Shown in pieces: positions 57,831 through 64,000 of a stretch of DNA of 64,000 bases (the first letter of the stretch is position 1; every line of letters starts with the position of its first letter). Location: NCBI RefSeq assembly GCF_009914755.1, contig NC_060927.1; one strand, 5' to 3'. The translations under genes were made by a program, and so were the position numbers. The notes under the pieces were generated by a model. That model had not been told where the DNA came from. It saw only the letters and a program-made list of their open reading frames with translations, and did not search any database. The DNA comes from the human T2T-CHM13v2.0 reference genome, Homo sapiens.

Positions 57831-58971
57831 TCATTAGGGTTAGACAGATATAGCTCTTTCAGTAGCATGACCATTTCTCCAGCAACAATATGTTTGGAGA
57901 AAGAAGAGGAAGAGATAATATTGTTTTAACATTCTTATGACTGTGAGAAACTTTGGTGGCTTTTATACACAGGATTATAATTAATAATAACAACAACAAC
58001 AGCAACAAACACATATAGCACTGTAGGCCTGGTCCTGTTACAGTAAGAAATAGAATGTCCACATTAACTCTATGAGGTAGGTATTATCCTCAGATACAGT
58101 TAGTTTAAATAACTTCCCAAAAGTTAGAAAGCTAAGTGGGAGAGCTAGGATTTGGCTGCAGCCCCTAAGAACAAATTGGGAAAGATTTAAGTCATAGATG
58201 AAGTACTCTGAGGGTGCCTTAAGACAATGGCTGTAGCCTGCTGTTTATGGTCACAACTACATACTCACTGGAATGTTCATGGCCGAGATAAATAAAGCAA
58301 GTATTCATCCATATTTCACATGTTACTCACAGGCATTGCTGCATGGAAGAGATTGCTCTCTTGATGGATTTTAGGAGCTAGCCTGGGTTTTACCAGCCGT
58401 TGAGGTTGCTTGCAGCCTTAGTTTCTCTCCCTGCCTTCTGCCACTGTCAAAGAGGGTTTAGCCTGCCTACAGAGGGTAAAATAATTAGGATAACAGTGCA
58501 CCAGAGAAAGTTCGAAATGCTCTTACTCTTAGGGAAACCTTTCCAAATCAAGCCACTTAATGCTAGCAACCATGAAGGTATAGTTGCCCCAGAATAGTGT
58601 GTGGTTTTCCACTAGCAGTGATTTTACCCTAGTGTTGACTGATCCCATGTGGTGGATATATGCAGGTAAGTGCTTCTTGGGAACAGAAGGGATGAAGATA
58701 AATAAGAGAAAGTTTGAAGTCATGATCCGTGGAGCCTGTGCTATATAGGAAAAGAAGTAAAAATAAGAGTGGGCTGTTATATAAGGATATAGCACAGAAG
58801 TAAGGGGCTGACGGTCTCTGTGGGTCCAAAAAGAAGTGAAGTGGGAGCAACTGCTTGAAAGTATTAGAAGGATAAGAAAGAATGTTGATTGAGCGGGATA
58901 TTTACATTTTGTGTCAGAGAAGACTTTTAGCACTCCTCTTTGCCTTGATGGTGTTACCTGAATATGCATCC

Positions 58972-59277
58972 ATTTTTTTTTTCTTTTTTTTTAGACGGAG
59001 TGTCGCTCTGTAGCCCAGGCTGGAGTGCAGTGGCGTGATCTCGGTTCACTGCAGCCTCGCCTCCAGGGTCCTGGTTCGAGCAATTCTCCTGTCTCAGCTT
59101 CCTGAGTAGCTGGGGATTACAGGCACACGCCACCATGCTCAGCTAATTTTTGTATTTTTAGCAGAGACAGGGTTTCACCATGTTGGCCAAGCTGGTCTTG
59201 AACTCCTCACCTTGTGATCTGCCTGCCTCAGCCTCCCAAAGTCCTGGGATTACAGGTGTGAGCCACCGCGCCCAGCC
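58972..59277 (-). mobile_element. AluS (Sg/Sc-like)
   Basis: Full dimer; TSD catccattt; small insertion in the right arm. Confidence 0.93.
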
Positions 59278-59675
59278 ACATCCATTTGTTAATGACTTAA
59301 TTAAAATGTGTCATAACGAAAATGATCAGTAGGCCAGGCAGGAGCTCCCAGGTACAACCAAGGTGAAGCTGATTTCACATGACTTTATAATCTTCAAGCC
59401 CATGTTTGAATATTTGAACATAATAATTGTTATGTGATTAAATAAAAACAGAGGGCATAGACTCGTTCTGTGGTGCAGATTTACCCTATAGACTTATATG
59501 CTCAGTAGGAAGTACATTGAGTTTTTATAAGCAGTGATAATTCTATCTTCCAAATCCATTACGCTTCAGTTAGATTTAATTTTTATTTATCAATATTTAT
59601 CTTGATTAATGATCTTACCTCTAGCTAGGTTACAGGTTCCATGAGAATAGGGACAGTGTCTGTGTCTAGTTTCTC

Positions 59676-59760
59676 CCTAGCCCAGTACAAGGCATATGGT
59701 ACTCAGAGACTTAGGGATTTCTAAGTCTCTTGAGTACCATATGCCTTGTACTGGGCTAGG
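59676..59760 (-). ncRNA. MIR3921: pre-miRNA MIR3921; mature miR-3921 at 59709-59687
   Basis: 85-nt hairpin with a 39-bp stem, one bulged base and a 6-nt loop. The minus-strand 3' arm reads UCUCUGAGUACCAUAUGCCUUGU, matching recalled hsa-miR-3921. Same strand as FILIP1L, in intron 1. Confidence 0.88.
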
Positions 59761-60900
59761 TGATGTTTAGGATGGGTCCTTAAACAGGATCAAGGCCAAA
59801 CCACTTACATTATAGTGAGGCAGTCAAGGTCCTGACAGGTAAGTGATCTGCTCAGGGCTCAGAGCTAGGTAGTGAGAAAGCCTGTGCCAAAACCCAAATC
59901 TCATTCCTCACTCTGTTCTTTGCACCATATCACTCTGACATTGAATCAGGTTCTTGTAGTGATCTTCTCTGTGTGTCTAGGGCCAAAAGGAAATGTGTTT
60001 CCTAAGCTAGAGCTTCCCAACCTGTTTCTCAATATGGCTCACAGAGAAGCTGGGAATATTTGTCTAGAACAGTATGGTAAACAAAGGAGGCTTTGGAGGG
60101 CAGCCGAAGAAAGAGGTCCCCTAGGAGACTAATGCCCAGAAACCTCCAGGCTACCCAAGGGGGATCATACCTTCACACACCTCTCATCTACTATGCTCCC
60201 TGTAACTGTGGAAAAACTCTTTCCTAAGTTAATATTAGATCACTTGAACATCAGTCCCATAGTGCACAGATACAATAGTTTCCCAGGCTTTAAGACTCTG
60301 TATAAAAATTGTTCTTCAAACCAAAAAGAAACATGATCCTTTTCATTGTATTTCTTGAAGTACCTGATATACTTAGATACTGCTGTATCTGTAAATAAAT
60401 TATGATACCTTATAAAGTTTTAAAGGAAATTTACAAGTGTTATTTTCTAGTAATTACCTTGAAAGATTACATTGGTCCAGGAAAATGTTTTCTGAAGCAA
60501 TGTTAATCCTACTAGCCAAGCATATCACTTAGTCCCCACTGTGAGATGAGGGATATGTGCTTAAATTGTGAAACAAATATATGAGTCAGGTATTTTTCCT
60601 TTGAGTCCAAGTGGTTTATGACTTTCTTTCCTGTGTTCTTTGTATATGTGGGAGTTTTATAATTTTTTATCAAGAATGAAAGGTTGGCCTGTGTTCTTAC
60701 TGGTGCAGGCTGTCACATTTCTCTCTGTTGCCCAGTCAGGTGCTATGGCATGTGCTGCTTCTGGCGTAGTGTACTCTGTGGATGTACCAGCATGTTCTTC
60801 AAGGTCATGACTGATTTTCCAGACCTTTGGAATTGAGATAAATGTTAAATTTGTAGCTATCTCTGAATTTCTTCCAGATACTTTTCTTCATTTGTTTGTT

Positions 60901-61434
60901 TGTAGGGTAAACATACCTGATAGCAGCAATTTAAGCATACCCTTAGAATGACCATGTATGGCCAGTGCACCTGAATGTGTGTTCCAAGGTAGGGAATCCA
61001 GGAATGGCCAACTCGGAGATTCATTCCTTACTATGATAAATATCTGAGCCCCCTGCTCATCCTGTGGAACATGGGCTTATTGGGGATTAAGGCCCTGAGT
61101 TTTAGGTTAAATGAAGGTTACCAGATGGAGGTCATTAGGGGGAGGGTGTTAAATGAAAATGCTTTATAAACTGCATGCTGTTTGCAAGCAGTTGCAGTTT
61201 TCCTGCCCAGCCCGCAGCCACTGGCCATGCAGTCATGTTGTCCAGCCTGCCGCCACTGGACCATTTCTGTACATAAGGCAGTTCTCCTGTCCCGCCTGCC
61301 ACCAGTTCTCCACTCTCTCCCCATACGTAAGCCCCTAGTAAACCCCATGTCTCATTTGCTGCCTCTGGGTCTTTTCTTCAGCCTCTTGAACCTAGTGCCT
61401 TCCCTGCTGAGGTTAATAGGGGTACAGCACAACA
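60901..61434 (+). mobile_element. ERVL-class solo LTR (LTR32-like)
   Basis: TG...CA termini with a near-matching 5-bp TSD ttgtt/gtgtt. Recalled motifs aagcatacccttagaatgacc...gcacctgaatgtgtgttcc; TATA-like tttataaa ~61163; agtaaa polyA-like signal ~61337. Confidence 0.8.
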
Positions 61435-62544
61435 GTGTTGTAACACAGAAAGTGATATTTACAGGGATATCTCTCTCACAATATCTCTTAGGAAAGGTAA
61501 ATAAAATGTTCACAACTTGTAGGTGAGTAATTCCTTAGATAAGTTGTTTCTTAACTTGGGAGGAGTTTGGGAAGGAACCTAAGCAGGCTGCAGAGGCTGG
61601 GCATGGGAGCTTGTCATGGCTGGAAGTTGAAATGGTCAACTCCAGGCAGATCTCCTGGGGCAAAGCAGCCTCCACCACCAGTAGCCCTTCCTTTCTGTTT
61701 CTTTCATAGCCCCACTGCTCCATCTGAAGCCTGAACCCTTCCAGAAAATTGATGGATAGATTTTTTTTTTCGGCTATATATAGTTTTAGAGGTTAGAACT
61801 AGATATAATTCAGTCTAGAAGATTTCTCCTTCCCCAGAAATGATTGTTTTTGTGCAGAGCCCCGTCAAAATAGTACGGAGACTTAGACTGAGTTCACTCA
61901 TCACTAACAATTAACTTTATAAACATTCAACAAGTAGGACAACTATTATTACTGTTACTCAGAACCCTTCGCTCTGTATATACAGTTTGATTTAAGATGC
62001 CACATTTACATGGCATTTTCAACCTTCAAACTCTAGCAGATTTTAAAACTAGGTGGATGAAAATAGAATCATTCTAATAAATGTAGTGTGTCAGATTTGA
62101 AAAATCATTTGGTGAGCAGGATCTCTGTAAAGTTATATGGGCCACGTATACAAGACGTAACTGAAGAAAATTAATTCAACAGAGCATGCCGTACTTGAAC
62201 GACATAGAGATTTACTCGAACTGAACTAACTCAAGCTGGCAGAACTCCGAGCAGCCTGGATTGTAAAGTCTGGGTGAAAATAGATGGAGTATGCCTGACT
62301 GAACCTCTGTACTGCCCCACATGCTATACAGGTGGGGGATTGGATGGCTGTTAGGTGATCATTGCATTCTCTTTTGGATCCCTATTGAGAAGAAATGATA
62401 AGAGAGGGAAAGGATATGGGGCAAGAACAGTCTGAAAAAGAAAGGATAAAGTTCTCAGACTCTCTTCACACTCTAAGAAGAACTTTCTGAAAAGCTTGGA
62501 TTAGGTCTTGCAATGGATATAATAAGCAAAGGACTCTTGGAATG

Positions 62545-62685
62545 TGTTCTTGGCTCTTAGCCCCACCTCTGACTTTGAGCAAATCAGCTGATTTCTCTGC
62601 CTGTAAAATAATAGTCCCTCTGATATTAATACTTACCTCATGAGGTTATTTAGAGGATAGTGTTGGTAATAATGCCTTGTGTTTA
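62545..62685 (+). mobile_element. MIR
   Basis: tgactttgagcaaatca...ctgtaaaata...acttacctcatgaggttatttagaggat. Confidence 0.7.
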
Positions 62686-63129
62686 CATCATTCCTTTCAC
62701 AGAGAGCTCAAAGCACTTTACATGCATTGAGAGAGAAGCTTCTCGTGAAGAGTAAATAGAAGTGTTCACTTTTTGGAAATGAACTTAGGCCATAAGAGCC
62801 TGAATTTAATGCATTGCAGGAAGAAATATGGTACATAGTGATCCAGTGGGTCAACTGAATTTTTTGTTCCACTAAGAGTCCCCTCCTGGCTCCTTGTTTT
62901 GTGAATTGAGGAATATGGTGAGTCCCTACACCTGGATGGGAAATCCCACATATGCAATTGGAATGGTCTCTCACGACACATGCAGAGATTGAAGAACAGT
63001 CTGGACATTTTTTGATAACGTTCTTTGGGCCTTGGTAGTAGCTGAAAGACACCTGAGAAATCTTAGCTCAGAGCTACAGAATGACACTAATGGATCCCAG
63101 AAATAGAAATGTAGATGTGGAGTGTTTTA

Positions 63130-64000
63130 TCTGTTTATTTCACCTCAATTCAACCAATACTCCTTGAGTGCCTTTTATATACGTGATTTTGAGTGATGTG
63201 GAGAATGAAAGAGACACAACATGCTCAGGAAAGTTAACCTGGTATTAGCAAGGAGAAGGAGTAGGATTTACAAATAGATAAGTGCAACGGTATGTGGGAG
63301 TGTCAGAAAAGCATCACAGTACTTCAGCACATCTACTTGGGCAATCTCAAACATGTATTACTCATGTACCAAGCAGTATGCTGTTCACAGAGAGATACAA
63401 TCTCTGCCTTAGGGATCCTTGGGGAAAACATGTACAAAGAGATAGTTTTAGCACATTCTAGTAAAGGCAGTGATCAAGGGCACCTAGCCTTACGTGGCAA
63501 TTTAGGGAAGGTACCTTGGAGGATGAGACTTCTCCTAAAGTCTTAAGAATTGAAAAGAACATGGGAAGGGAATTCCAGGCTGGGAGAGTAGTATGTTCAT
63601 ACGCCCTCAGTGTTTAACCTTCTTTGAACAAAAAAATGGCAAACTACAGAAAGTTTGGTCTTATTGTAGCCTAAATTGTACTTAGGGGTACGAGTGAGAA
63701 ACAGGGATTAAGATAAAGGACCTGTTTTGCTGTCTTGTTTACTGTTGAATAGTAGTATGAAGTAGGTCCTGAAAAACTATGTTTTTGGGGAAAAAAAAAA
63801 AAAAAGACTGAATGATATGTTGGGTTTAAGTCCTTGCAGGCAGGCTATCCAGGTAAATAAACATGGAAGGTGATGGGAGGTAATCTGGGCTGGAAATACA
63901 GATTTGGAAGTCACCCCATATCAGTGGTGTTTAAAATCAAGAGCAAATGAAATTGCACAAGGAGAATATATAGAATGAACAAATTACCATGGGTGAAGCC
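63130..64000 (-). mobile_element. L2 fragments
   Basis: attcaaccaatactccttgagtgcc; aaacatgtattactcatgtacc; tctgggctggaaatacagatttggaagtcacc. Confidence 0.65.

Noticed and set aside
58529-58969. 146-aa minus-strand ORF
   Set aside because: No recognisable domain and composition typical of AT-rich intron; no support beyond length.

Overview
Human (or very close primate) genomic DNA, AT-rich and dense in repeats. The only protein-coding sequence is three consecutive minus-strand exons of FILIP1L: 26062-25801 (carrying the ATG at 26052), 25061-24888 and 19440-19262. They have canonical GT-AG boundaries and encode residues 1-~202, the N-terminal CortBP2/coiled-coil region. The rest is FILIP1L intron. 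From prior knowledge of 3q12.1 it is also intron of the antisense-overlapping CMSS1, though no CMSS1 exon is visible. The window also holds a disabled TMEM258 retrocopy (~20534-20970, minus) and the MIR3921 hairpin (59676-59760). Mobile elements include 19 Alus (one a very young AluYa-type copy nested in an AluSc nested in a MIR), L1M/L1P/L2/MIR fragments, four solo LTRs and hAT MITEs. Most interesting observations: (1) back-splicing exons 2-4 would give a 615-nt circle, bracketed by inverted Alus, whose junction creates a stop, so it would encode the N-terminal 203 aa; (2) an unexplained ~110-bp duplicated module with a perfect 19-bp core flanks a 50-bp Z-DNA-prone tract; (3) MIR3921 looks L2-tail-derived and near-perfectly palindromic; (4) a possible L1 3'-transduction composite at 53.0-53.7 kb. 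No prokaryote-type system (CRISPR, operon) is present. Repeat family names come from recalled consensus sequences, not a database search, and old-repeat boundaries are approximate.
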